Below are positions 12,361 through 25,203 of a DNA stretch of 64,000 bases, piece by piece (within the stretch, counting starts at the first letter, position 1; each line of letters opens with the position of its first letter). The notes below the pieces were generated by a model. The model worked only from the letters and a program-made list of their open reading frames with translations, searched no databases and was not told the DNA's origin. The DNA lies in assembly GCA_015680685.1 (NCBI GenBank), contig MNCI01000690.1:274487-338486 (forward strand), given 5' to 3'. The position numbers were made by a program, and so were the translations under genes. This DNA is from Gnetum montanum (lineage: Eukaryota; Plantae; Gnetophyta).

Positions 12361-14052
12361 TGTACTGACCTAAATCGTCGGTGTAAGGCTGGAAGGAAAA
12401 AAAATACCAAAAGATTATCAGGTAGACATAGCTGACCCTGCCTTCACCTAAGGGCAAGATGGAAAAGAAAACAAAGGTAGAGTGCCTTGGATGGTCTGCA
12501 TGCAAATCAACCAAGGACTTCCCCAAGCGTAAACTACGGCTTGCGCTAGGGTTATCGTAACTGATGTTTGAAATGTAAATAGTGCTGTACAAAATGCAAA
12601 CATACTGTACACAGAACAGTATTGCAAACAAAACATAAACTGAATGTAAAACAAAGTAAATAATATAATGGCTGGAAAAATGAATTGTATTGTATTTCTT
12701 AGAAAAGATGTGCACTAGTCAAAGTGTAGTTGCGCTTGTAGATGGCAAGTCAAGTGCCAAGCCTGGGGTGATGCGATGTGTTTCAGAAGTGCTTGGATGC
12801 TAGGAGTCAAGTGTGCCTAATTGCCCAAGGATTGCTGGTCTGATTTTCCTAAGTCGTCCACCTTCAAAATTGCCAACCCTGTTTAGGTGAATTGACAGGG
12901 TTTTTCTAGGTTCGGGCACGGAATTCAGAAATGAATCAACAGCTGAGAATTGAGAGGAAAATAAATCAAGTGACACGTGTTCGATGGACAGCTATGCGTG
13001 AGTTGGACATGTGTGGGCAAGCTACGTTTTTTACCAGGTGCAATGTATCTTACAGTGTGCGTCGGCTTACTCAAGCTAGCTTGCGCTCATGGAAGCACAT
13101 ACGATTTACAGCATAAGAGCTTGACAAACCAACAAATGATGAACATTTACAATGAAATAATAATGTACAACAAGAGAAATTGACTCTAGCTCGCTTGAAA
13201 CTTCTTAAGCTCTGAATTGACTGTTGTAGGATGTCGATCTGGGTGGCTTTATGGTTGTTTGAGGCATCCAAGACTTCCAGTGTGAGTTGATTTTGGCTTG
13301 GTGTGTCCTTAGCATGCTCATGCTGCACTCACGCTGCTAGCATGACCTCAACATGACCTCAACGTGAGTGAGTGAAAATGATAGATTTTCCACCAAATTT
13401 TGATTTTTGAAGCCTAGTTCTTGAGTGCAACTACTGTTTGATTGTGTTTTTAACCTTAGGAATGATCTAAAAATCAAAAATTGAGTCTGATGTGCCCTAT
13501 TTTATACCACTTTTGGCAGCTCATGCTGGACTCACACTGCCAGCATGAGTGTAGCATGACCACAGCATGAGCTACAACATGACCATAGCGTGAGCTATAG
13601 AAACCTATAATTTTGAACCTAATAGAGGTTGGAACTTGAATCTTGTCAATGATGGACCTTGAGGATGATTTGCATGTTGGAAATTAGATCATTTTGACTC
13701 AATTTTTGGCTTTGAAAGTTGCTCACATTGCACTCACGCTGCCAATGTGACCTCAACGTGAGTGACAGCGTGAGTGAGGAAATTTACACCTTTTGATGCC
13801 AAAATTTGAATCTCTAATTGCTGAAACTTGGAGTTGACATCTGTGACCCTTGAGGATGGCTTGCCCCTTTAGATTTGGCCATCTTTGAATTGATTTTGAG
13901 GCTATTGGAGTTACTCACGCTGAGGGCGAGCTAGCTTGATAGTGTGAGCAAGCTGGACCTAAGTTCCATGCCTTAGTCAAATTTTTCCTCCCGCAAGCTC
14001 GAAATGGCTTAAGTCATTTTCAAAGTGCTAAGCTGAAATTAGTGGTGTTTCA
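12361..14052 (-). repeat. LTR (TGAAACACCA...CAGTACA), ~1.7 kb, shared between A' and A
   Basis: Bounded by a PPT on one side and a PBS on the other. Same TGAAACAC 5' terminus as the B and C LTRs. TATA-like TATAAAATAGG at ~13500. AGCGTGAG motif cluster at 13310-13950. Confidence 0.85.
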
Positions 14053-14068
14053 TTGGTCCCTCTTTGTT
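14053..14068 (-). promoter_or_regulatory. Polypurine tract (ACAAAGAGGGACCAA) of element A'
   Basis: Immediately precedes the TGAAACAC LTR start. Same sequence context at 28325-28340 in B. Confidence 0.75.
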
Positions 14069-15259
14069 GATGTCTAGAGGAATCCACCTGAGAGGCATCG
14101 ACAAAGAAGCACAAAGCACCATGAACAACCAAGTACCAAACATTAACCATCAACCCTTGGCTGGACGTCATCACACCGTGTTCAAAAGTACATGGGATTC
14201 GGGGAATGCAGTTCAAGATGCAAGGGGATTGGTTATATCTGGGTAAATCAAGAGTTGATCAAGGGATATGATTGCTATTGGAATTGTGAGATAGGAATGC
14301 TCTCACATGAACAAGCTATATCATTGGTCCTTGTTAATAGCCGATTTTTAACAGACTTGGAGCCAAGACATAGGAGGTGCATTCTTTGGGGAAACGGGAC
14401 TCTTATAAAGTGTTTATGGGGCCTGTTGTAAATAGCCAAAGCCACGTGATGATGTGCAACATGATCTCTTTGAGACATAAGTGTAATTTTTTTCCAAGAC
14501 AATTGCCTTCTCACCTGGGACTTCTATGAGAATAGCCAATAGTCTTTGGTTTATAACGTTAACGGGGTCATGAAGACCTTTTCTGTGTATTTTTCTCTTT
14601 CACCTTTTTGTTCTTTTTCTTTTTCTTTGTTTCTTATTTTCTTTTTGTTTTTTTTTTCTTTTGTTTTTTTCTTTTCTTATTCTTTTTGGTCTTTTTGAAA
14701 AAGCTTGCTTTTAGTGCTATGCTTGTGCTCATGTGTTTTCATTTTGCATCATGTATTGTGTACTATGTTTTGCATTGCAACCACTTGGAAAGTTACAGTG
14801 TGCAATAATGTATCAAGAGCTTTGGGGGAGTAGAATGTATCCAGGGGGTATGATTAAATAGGACAAAGGGAACATGATGGGGAAAAGGGAATGTATCAGG
14901 ATTAGGGAATGTACTTATGAACGGATTGATTAACCCAGTTGTAGGCATTAGGAAGAATGTGATACCTTATTGTCATGATGAAGTGCATCTGTGCACAAAC
15001 GCCTCAGGCGTGTCATCCTACAAACACAACTCCAAGAATACAAGAAAACCACAAATGAAATGGTCAACTAAGCACTTTAAACTTGAAAACAACCAAGGAG
15101 ATAGAGCCACCATGTGCAATTTCAAAGCAAATGGAATCATGAATGGCATCAGCTTCATCAGGGTCCATGGGACAAATTATGTAGCAAGTCTTTGTGAAAC
15201 ATGTACAGCCAATTGTAGCAACACTTCTTTTCAAGTTTTGCCTAGTCATCGATGATGTC

Positions 15260-15680
15260 ACCAGTTTATAGTCTTAGTGAACCGTTGTGGGTTAGTTTCA
15301 CATCATAACCCTTTGGACAATGTCAGTTTAGTGTCATAGCGGATGGTGCACTACTAGTTTATAGTCATAGCAGAAGTGAAGAGGCAAACCAGTTTATAGT
15401 CTTAGTGGACTCTGGATGCTAGTTTCACATTATGGCAGATGGATGTGGTAGTTTAGTGTTGTACCGGATGGAGCTCTGTGGTGTCATTTTATTTTCATGA
15501 CTCCAGGACATTTCTGTGGTGCCAATTTCAAGTCATAGGCCTAGGACCGTTCTGTGGTATCAGTTTTAAGTCATGATGCCAAGATCATTCTGTGGTATCA
15601 GTTTTTTAAGTCATGATGCTAGGACCACTTTGTGGTATTAGTTTTAAGTCATGATTCCAGGACATTACGTACCTTAGTTT
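15260..15680 (-). repeat. ~30-35 bp degenerate tandem array (hairpin + TAAACTRG) after the A' integrase stop
   Basis: About a dozen units containing yagttta(t/a)agtc on +. Confidence 0.85.
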
Positions 15681-15889
15681 GATTAGACATAGTACCGTTT
15701 CAGGTATAGATGATTTGTAGGGTTAGCGAACTCGTTCACGTCCATGTCAGCAAGTTTGCATGCTCCATTATTGTATGCCTTGGTGACTAAGTAAGGCCCT
15801 TCCCAATTGGCTGAGAATTTTTTTGGATGTTCACGGATAGCCTTAAGGACTAAGTCTCCTTCTTTAATTGGGCATTTATGCAGGTCATG

Positions 15890-17520
15890 TTTGTTTCATT
15901 AAGGAAGGCATTATCCATGTTTATGCATGAGCATCACCACAAAGAAAGAACTAATGGCAATGTTGTACACGCTAGAAAAGTTCAAGCACTATGGGATTGG
16001 TTACAAAGTACCTATGCATATGGCTCACAATGCAATCTGCTTCCTCATGAACAAGCCAATGGTGAGCCCTCATGTTATACAGTGGCTGGTGATCTTGTAG
16101 GAATTCGATCTCACTATGGTAGATTGAAAAGAAACTGAGAATGTGATTGTTGATCACCTCTCTCGCTTAAGATGGAATAATAAAGAGGAGGAGAGCTCAC
16201 TCTTTGATTAGTTTCCAAATAAAGTCCTCTTTATAGAAGCAATAAGTAAACAAATTCCTACAAAAACAATATGGTATAATGACATCCTCACATATTTTCT
16301 CACTCAAGAGATGCCACAAGACTTGTATTTTAGGAAAAAGTAATAATTTCTTCATTGGGCCAAATATTTCATGGAAATCAACGAACACCTTTACAAGGTG
16401 TGTGCCAATGGCCTAATTCTTTGGTGTGCCCTTGATGAAGATCAATTGCATGTTCTTCAAGATGCTCACTAAGGGCCTCGTGGAGGCCATTATGCAGGGA
16501 GATGCATGACCATAAAAATCTTGATGGTAGGATATTCTTGGCCTATAATCTTTAGGGATGCCCACCAGTTCATCAAGTCTTGTGAATGTTGTTAATGAGA
16601 TGGTGGGATGACTACTTGCATGGAAGGTCATCAATAGTGGATTCAATCACTAAACCTTTCAACATATGGGGCATTGCCATTATGGGTTCCATCACACCCA
16701 TGTCCAATGAAAAAGTGTATATTATAGTAACAGTTGACTACTGCACAAAATGGGTAGAAGTAGTAGGTATTACTGATTGTACAGCATCCACTACTACCAA
16801 ATTTATACAAAAAAATATTGTGAATAGGTTTGGGGTGGCATGTTCACTAATTTCTAATAATGCAACTCATTTCATAGGTGCCACATTCTAAAGGTTAATG
16901 CAACACTTAGAGGTAGAACATAAACTAATAACACCTTACCATCCCTAATCCAATGGTCAAGTAGAGGTAACCAACCAAGAGATTACAAAAATACTAATGC
17001 GAAGCATCAGCAAATATAAGAAGGATTGGAGTACAAAACTTAATGATGCTCTCTAGGCTTATCATTCAACTTGGAAACTTCGTATTGACTATTCTCCCTA
17101 CGAGCTAGTGTATGGGAAACTTCTAATGCTCTTGATTCAATCCAAGTTTTGTACACTCTCAACAGCCTATGAACTAAATCTTGACCTAAGTCTAGCACAG
17201 AAAGAAATATTAATCAAGCTGAACATGTTAGATGAAAATCGATTAGTGGTCCTATCCTTGAATGAGATGAACAAGAAATTCAACAAGTAATGTCATGACC
17301 TTAGAATCAGGAAAGTAAAACTTTAACTAGGAGATAAAGTTCTCTACTAAAATCCCACACATGTACCCTAAAAGACAAAATTCCAAACATTGTAGGAGGA
17401 ACCTTATGTAATTAATGAAACCTTTCCCTCTAGGGTCATGTTGATACACAAGCCTAAATGCCTAAGTAAAAAGCAATTGGTCAACATTCAATAAGTAAAG
17501 GTTTTTCTCAAACCTCAATA
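15890..17520 (+). pseudogene. Element E RNase H-integrase remnant
   Basis: TTKKELMAMLYTLEKFKHY...EFDL...ENVIVDHLSRL; GPRGGHYAG; PFNIWGIAIMG...VTVDYCTKWVE...IVNRFGV; TPYHP*SNGQVEVTN. Confidence 0.85.
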
Positions 17521-19669
17521 GGCTAGTGTAATTACCACCTCGACAGATGGACAACCACATTCTATTTTTCATATCTCCTCCTTCTAGCTTAGTCATGGGG
17601 GAGATGGTCATCCATGCTAACCATAAAATTGGCTTCTTAGTTTTTATACTTTTTATTTTTTACATTTTTGATTTTTACAAATTATTTATTTTACAAATTC
17701 TTGATTTTTGAAATTTTTCTAATTTTACAACAATTTGGTTTAATTGTGATATTTTCTCATCTTTGCTGATAAATTTGCTTTATTACCATAGGACATAGTG
17801 CCACTGTTGTTGTTTACTAATGATGGTTTGTGCTTAATGTGTGATTGTTGATGCTTGGTCTCTATTTTTGAATTTTGATGTCCAATGACTTTGACATGAT
17901 TATTTTTCATGGAACAAGTAATGAGTTCATGTCATCTACCCAACTAATGAACTCTATGGTTTTCCTTGTTTTGGAAATTTAAGGTCCCTTTTCATTAAGA
18001 AACTTTTAATCAATTGGTGACCTTGGTAGTTCTAGAATTATGAAGGATTCAAAGGTTTGTAAAGGATGTGACTTCAAGGGAACTCAATACTCTTTGTAAT
18101 CTTCTACTTGCTTGAGTGATTGTGCATTTTTTCACAAACTTCTTACCATTCCACATCAACCACTAATAGAAAGCCAAATAACATCATTGCATGGTGTGGT
18201 TCCCATTCAAAAAAAATGATGAGAATTCAAAGCACACTCCTTCAACACCAATAATTCCTCACATGGTGTGGTTCCCATTTCAAAAAAAATAAAAAAATGG
18301 GAATTCAATGCACACCCCTTAGACAAATAAATGGGCTACAAGCAAACAGCATGCACCTATGCCTAAAGGTACCCTCTAACTAAGGCTATTTCTCTCACTT
18401 CTTACGTCTCTTTTCTTCTCTTTGTGGAATGGTGGTTATTTTGTGGAAGCACTCTAGTTCCTTAAGTGGGTGGATCAATCTTAGAGTGGTGATGCAAAGT
18501 CATTGAAAGTAAATGATTTTGTTCTAGATTGAGGATGAAACTTCTCAAGTCATTTTAACCACAAATTCCACAAGGGACTTCTTATGACCCCAATTTGAAA
18601 CTCCATTCCACCTCCTCTATCATACATCCATGCTATTATAACTCACCTACTATCATGTTTTGTGTTATGCTCTATGTTTTGGTTTGATGTGCTAGGATTC
18701 TTGGGTAGATTCTTTTGGGTTGGTCCTTAACTTGTCATGATCATTATATCAACTATCGGACCCATGAACTTCTTAGTTGAGGCTATGTAAGGGCAAAAAG
18801 GGCATGATCCTACTATGGGGAGGACCCACTTACATAGCTCTTGGTCTAGTTAGTTAAGGTTCCTTACCTTTGATATCGCTACAATCCTATCTTTCACATA
18901 TTCCATTGAGTATATCGCTCAGTGCTCCTTAATCTTTCATTTCATTCATCTACTAAATCAAATTTTCTCCATTTTTTCCAAATTTATGAGCTTCAACACC
19001 CTCTTCTCATATTTTCATATTGTTCCTAGTCCTTTAGGCTTTCATTTGATCCCAATTTCATATTGAAATTTTGACCAAATTCAATGGAAGTCAATGGTAG
19101 TCAATGGCTGCATCGACGAGGCCTCATCATTGCATCCAACCATGTCAACAAGGCCTCGTCGATACAGTGCATACATGCTATATATACCACCTAGCACTTA
19201 GGAATTTTTTGCAAATTTCTTATAACACACAAGGAGTTTTTGTAATTTTCTCATAGGCCAAAACCTTCCAAAGCTCATAACTTCCCAATCATTTTTCCAA
19301 ATCACTTCATTTTTTAACCTTACACTTATCATAGGTAAGATCTTTGTCATGGGGGCTGCAAACCTTAAAGTTTCCTATGAAAAATCACTGAAATGTTTTC
19401 AAAAAATTTTCTAGCTCCCCAAAAGGTTAATAACCTTAATAACATATAAACATTAAGTCTTTTAAAGATTAAACCTTCCAATAACCTTTAGGATGGTTTA
19501 TTAATGATAATACATAAATAAAACAACAATTAGATTAATTAAATCAATAATAATTACAACTTAGCCAAGTGTAACTATCCTTAAGAGATAAGGTATCCCA
19601 ATTACATTAAGGCTACACAATGATTGCTAATCCATGGTCTCATTATGATTATAGATAGCACCAAAATAG

Positions 19670-22550
19670 AAATGCCCATAGGAAGGAGAAACCTTGCAAC
19701 CATGGGAGAAGTGGCCTAGAGCTAGAAGGGGCCAACAAGGAAAAAGCTAAGAACTACTAGAAGGGACCCATGCAATGGCACCTCTTAATGAGGAGCCCAA
19801 AGTGGAATCTATCTAATAGATTCTGGAAGAAGAAGTGCTGACAAAAAAATCCCAAAGAGGAGAAGTGCCTAGACCTGTGCCAAGGTTACTTTGACTCAAG
19901 CTGTCTAGAAATCATCAAGACCAGAGAGACCTAAAGATCAGTTCTTCAAGAGATCAACTTTGGGCCATTTTTGGAGAAATCTCCAAAGGATGTCAAGACA
20001 CAACTATAAGTATCTTCTATGTGGCTAGTCATCACATCCAGTGGGGAATGGTACATGGAAGATGCATATATCTTCTAGAGTAATTGAAGGCTAGGGTTCG
20101 TTGTCAAAATCAAGGACATTTAAGTGTCCTATTTGGAAGAAACTATTGCATAGGCACTTGGGTTGCCTAATATAGGAACATAGCTAGCTGAACTATCTAG
20201 AAAAGGTGATCCTAAGGCCAAAGGGAAGTGTACCTAGTAATGTTACAAGGTTAACCATAAGGAGTATGATGCACTCACACCAGTGGAGCAAATTTACTTC
20301 AAGATTATGGCCTATCACCTCAATCCAATGATGAGGCCAAGTAAGGTAATTACCTTCTTTACCCAATCATGCACCACTCTAAGTAAGAAATTTTCCATTA
20401 ATCTTTTGTAGTTGATCTACTTAAAGATAGAAAAGCACTTCAAGGAGAATGAATGTGGAAGGAATACCTTGCCCTTTCCATGCCTCATCTGGAAACTCTA
20501 CAAGAGGGCAAGCATTATTCACTATTCTAATGATACCCTTAAGCATGCTTCCTTGGCCTCATGGTTAAAAATTATGAAAGATAAAATGCCAGCTACAACC
20601 TAAGAAGAGGAGTAGCCACCACCACCACCCACTCAGGAAACAACACCAGAGGCTTACACAGTCATGGAACATCTATGCAAAATCTGAGAATAGATCTTGA
20701 GTGAACAAGAGCAATGAGCATGAACAAGTGGGGCAGATCCATCTATATATTAATGAGTGATGAGTCACCTTGATGAGGTGGCTTGAATAATTAGTTAGAT
20801 GGAGAGAGGTGGTCCAACCTTCTCTACCCAGTGAACATAGCTACTTGCGAGGTCAGATCCCAATGTTGGAGAGGTGACAGTGTCACTATCAACACAACAT
20901 CTATTCCTAGAAATCTTTGGGAATGCCACCACCTTTTTGATGCAATTGGAGGAAGGTGAAGAGGTAACTGTCTTGGTGATGTAGCATCATGGATAGGAGA
21001 TAGCAACTAAAGTGATGGCTGATTGTGTAGCAAAAGCATTGAATACATCTACGGCATCTATACCAAATGTATCTTCATTTCGAGATGTGTAGACATTTGT
21101 AAGCAAAATTAGCAGGATATTAGATGTAGCCCAACATAAAAGGTTGCTAGAACGACTAGTAGAAACTAGGCAACTAACTCTGGACATCTTTGATCTTTTG
21201 AAAAACATCATTGTGACCCAATTAAAGCTACTTAACACAAGGGGAAAATGAATTATCCTAGTAGAGAAACTTGAAATAGTCCAAGAAAGAAACCAATGCT
21301 TTGCTGCAAAGGTTGCTAAACTTCATGACTAACTTGCAGATCCTATGATCCTCAAGCCAGCAATATCAAGAGATGAAGCTTTCAAATAGCTTCAAGAATA
21401 ATTCTAGAAGGCTAAGGAGGAGGTAGTTACAACCATCTTCAACCAATCCATAGCTGAAGTAGAAATGCACTCAATCTAAAAGGACTTGGAATAGATCTGC
21501 CAGAAGAATGAAGCCTTGACCGCACAAAATTATTACTTGTGAAATGTTGATGCTCAAAAGGATCAAATGTAGGAATTTCTTCATCAACAGTAGGAGCAAA
21601 TTACTAGGGTAAACACTGAATTGAGGAGATTGATTGCAAAAAATTGTAATCTATCAATGGAGGAAGTGTGTGCCTTACACTAGAAATTGACCATCGAAAT
21701 TGCCACCTAGAACAATGAGGCCCTCAAATTTGAGAAAGTGAAGAATCACTACAAGGACTAGGTTGGCTTGTAGAAGGAAGTAAATGAAAAACAAATTTAG
21801 ATGGCAAAGGTGAAACTGAATGAAGTCCTCCAGCAACTTCAACAAGGAAGAGAAATGTGACAGCCCATTGTTAATGCAATCAATGCCTACAATAAAGTGG
21901 ACATCCATTTAAAGGAGTTGCAAATCAAGGAGATGATAGAGTATATAGAGTTGACCAATCTTTGATATGCAAACTTGGTGATGTTGATTGCTAGATGGTC
22001 ATGGTCAAAATTGGAATAATAAGTGGCTAGCTTGTATTTGTTATATGAGGCAAAGTTCAAGCATCACAAAGATGCCAAGTAGAAGCTTGAGACTACAAAT
22101 ATTGAACTCGAAGTTCTCAATTCAAAGACCAACGATCAATCACTAAGAACCTAGCTAGATGAATGAATGACTACCAAGAGTTGAAAGACATAGTCAAGGT
22201 GTTTAACATCAAGTGCAAATAGTTCTCTACCTGGTTCATTAATGCAAAGGAGTTATTTCCAGTAATCCCATGTCCTTGGGATGTGCCCATTCCAACCCAC
22301 ATTGGGGAATCTATGTGGACAATGCATGATCCCTAGAGTAAGGAGGAGAAAATAAAAGCACTATTGGATGCTTCTCCCTCCCACCTGAAGTTGCAGTAGC
22401 AGTAGGATAGCCATACCCACCTCAATCATTGCCCATGCATGAAGCTAGTGAAGGTCTCTCAAAGCCTTAGGAACTGCCACCACCTAGGACCATTTGATCT
22501 TCTCCAACAAGCTTCACATCATCAAGGAATGTGTTGTCTAATTTTGAAGA
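19670..22550 (+). pseudogene. Element E 3' accessory ('env-like'/plant transposon protein) ORF, heavily decayed
   Basis: Purine-rich coding-like tract with ETIA*ALGLPNIG and TLPFPCLIWKL motifs, followed by an E/K/Q/L-rich coiled-coil-like stretch. Confidence 0.55.
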
Positions 22551-22798
22551 GTTGAGTCATGGTGTTCAATTTTGTGTCCTGAACACCTTCATTTTTTTGT
22601 AATTTGTGGATCCGTACACCTAGGCACTCCATTTTTTGTCAAGTCAATTAGTTTGTTTTGTTTGAAGAAAAGTTAGTCAATAATCTCATGCCTTCCAAAT
22701 TATGTAAAAAAACTCAAGGATAAGTTTTCATTTAGTCATGGGGGTATGATGAGTCACATTTATGGCTACGTCGAGTGCCCATAGCAAAAGTCATTAAG

Positions 22799-23140
22799 TG
22801 TATGGATCTTTATTCGAGCATTGTTGTACCTAAGCATGATAGTGTGTGTGGTAATAAAGATGAACTTTCTAATAAACCTTGTACCACTTTGGATAGATTA
22901 GCTATTTTAATTATGCATTTAATGTTTTCCATTAGTTATTAAATATTTTCCAGTTATTACATTAATGAAGCAGTTAAGCCAGATAGATTACACACATAAG
23001 TACGACTGTTTCAAGCATAACACATATTCACTTGGTAATACCGGCAACATTATTGCTTGGTACACCTAGTAGCATAGTGCTTAGTCACCCAGTAGTGGAT
23101 ACGTGGGTTCAGGACGTGTACAAAAAGTGGGATCAAATGC
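22799..23140 (+). mobile_element. Possible short LTR (TGTA...TACA) followed by a degenerate tRNA-Met PBS
   Basis: ...GGACGTGTACA AAAAG TGGGATCAAATGC resembles LTR end + TGGTATCAGAGC. No partner LTR found. Confidence 0.3.
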
Positions 23141-24524
23141 TTATCTTAGGATTAGTTAAATGCTAGTTAATTAGTTAATCAAATTCATTTTATCTACATT
23201 TTGAGCACCAAATTATAAAACACAAAATGATAAAAATCAAATGCCTCAATTACACTTAACCATACCAACAAATGCCACAAGTGTAATTGGGAAGACAATA
23301 ATTAACATTAAGGCTAGATTCACTTCCTAAAGGACTAGTGCACTAGAAACGATAAAGTCCATAGGATTTGATTAGATCATGCATGAACGCTTTGTGATTC
23401 ATATGGTTAGGTGTAGGGGTACCTCGCCACTCATCACTCTAGGAAATGAAAATTAATAAAAACAACAAAAAACATATCATCTAGGCATTCTCGAAATATC
23501 TAAAAATTGAAAAATAGCAACTGATAATGTTTATAGTATTTTAGCAGCTTAGAATGAAATCTAGGAGCTTTGAATTCATTTTTGGAATTTTCTACATTTT
23601 TTCAATCAATCATTATAACATACATTTAGTCTTATCTTTTTTTTTCTAGCATCTTAGAGCCTTTGTTTTAGCAACACCATTCTTAATCTTATATCTTTTT
23701 TACTTTGTTAAGTAATTTGGATATGCCTCCCCACCACTAAAGGAATTATTTTGTTATTTTGCATATTATATTTGGTATTTGATAATTAGTCTTTTTGTTT
23801 CTATTTATTAGTTTTTTTTCTTCTAAGTTGTAATGTTCAACTCTAATTTTTGTACTATGTGATGATTTGTATTTGTAATTTTCCTGTCCTTGGTGAAGGC
23901 CTAACTTGAATATGAATTTTATTTTTGCACCTTTGGTTATTTTTCTGTTATTGGTATTTAATATTTCTGGCCAACGCTAGTGCCTTTTAATGCATTCACT
24001 CATTTATCAAGTTTTATGCAATTGTTGTATTTTTATTCCACTACATATTTTGGTAATTGTTAATGTTATTTTGGCTTGGGAAATAGGATTTCATCCTATT
24101 TTTCTTAGTGAATAGGTTGTGTTTTATACACATGTGGTCATTGTCACTATTTTATAATGTTTTTATCTTTTTCTAAGCATTTTCTTACCCTCATTTATGT
24201 ATTCTATGAGTGCCTACTACTTTGCCCATTTAAGTGGCTTAGCATCCATCATTTTAATGAAGTAGCGATTTATATTTATCAGTATATTTTGTTAATTTTT
24301 TAAGAAATACCTTTCTAGCCTAACCTTGGTTAGTAAAGTATTACAATGATGAACCAGGGGAGCCATGCCAACTTTCTCTTCTTCCCTAGTCCCTTTGATG
24401 ATCTTGTTCTTATCTACTAGAGGATCTAGGCTTATAGACCCTCTTGTTCTAGAACCTATTCCATCTCCTTAAGGATTTCATGCTAAGGTTGAATGTATTC
24501 TTGAATTTCTTAGATTATCAATGT

Positions 24525-24550
24525 TAAATAGGGGAGAATGCTGATGTTGT
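24525..24550 (+). promoter_or_regulatory. PPT-like AGGGGAGAATG followed by a possible LTR start (copia-like remnant)
   Basis: aaataggggagaatgctgatgttg resembles a copia PPT/LTR junction. No coding support. Confidence 0.3.
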
Positions 24551-25203
24551 GATCTTTTTTATTGGTAGCCTATATCCTTTCTATTGGATTTTGAAGGAAC
24601 TGGAATAGCACCAATGTGTTTTTCATTTCACTATTCATATAGAGCCTCTTTCATTTATTCTACTCTACACTAGACTTCTATAGGTTAATAAGGTCTACAC
24701 GGTAACCTTTGTAAAGGTAACTGAGACTAGATTTTATGAGTGTAGCCTAGAGCATGAATGGAGTTGCCCTATTCATCAACCTTACAATGTTTCCTCACAT
24801 ATTCCTCCATAAAAATTAATCATCTTAATGGAATACAAAGTTAAAGTTAGATATGTAGAAATCGTCATGAACAAAGAAGACCTTTGCTTACAATGGTACT
24901 TGTGAGTCCTTATCATCTCCTATGTCATCATTATCCCTTTCAAGATTTTTCAAGAAGTAGATATGATATATCAATATTATGTGTATTATTAATAATAAAT
25001 ATTTTCAAGATGATAAATATTTTAATTCTTACACAATGATTGTATATGATATAACCTTTTAAACTATCAACACCATCCCTTGGCAATGACACCAAATAAT
25101 GAGCAAGAAGTATGTCTAATGCTCCAACCATGTTGTAATTTGTCAATACAATATACAAGTATCATGGTAGAATGTGACATAATTTGTGAATATGATCTAT
25201 AAT

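Larger units (their letters stand above)
1392..14052 (-). mobile_element. Element A: Ty3/gypsy Tat/Ogre-like LTR retrotransposon, 3'-truncated in RT
   Basis: LTR 12361-14052, tRNA-Asn PBS, gag-protease remnants, 6-kb insert with antisense gene, RT N-terminus. Collinear with elements B and C. Confidence 0.9.
14053..15887 (-). mobile_element. Element A': 3' end of a Tat-like element (integrase tail, repeat array, 3' UTR, PPT)
   Basis: 15683-15887 translates on - as IKEGDLVLKAIREHPKKFSANWEGPYLVTKAYNNGACKLADMD...YLKRYYV* (GPY/F integrase tail). Confidence 0.85.
15890..22800 (+). mobile_element. Element E: 5'-truncated Athila-like Ty3/gypsy element
   Basis: RNase H then integrase with no extra aRH, internal PPT-like TTAGTCATGGGGGAG at ~17590, long 3' region with a decayed ORF, terminal PPT ATGGGGGTA then TGATGAG LTR start at 22747. 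Confidence 0.75.

Noticed and set aside
14608-14808. Hydrophobic ORFs as envelope/membrane proteins (also 12272-12715, 43630-43965, 59509-59706)
   Set aside because: Translations of T-rich LTR, UTR or intron sequence; not conserved between the related elements.
22800-25200. A defined element or gene in this AT-rich stretch
   Set aside because: Only isolated PBS- and PPT-like signals that do not pair up; too decayed to call beyond low confidence.
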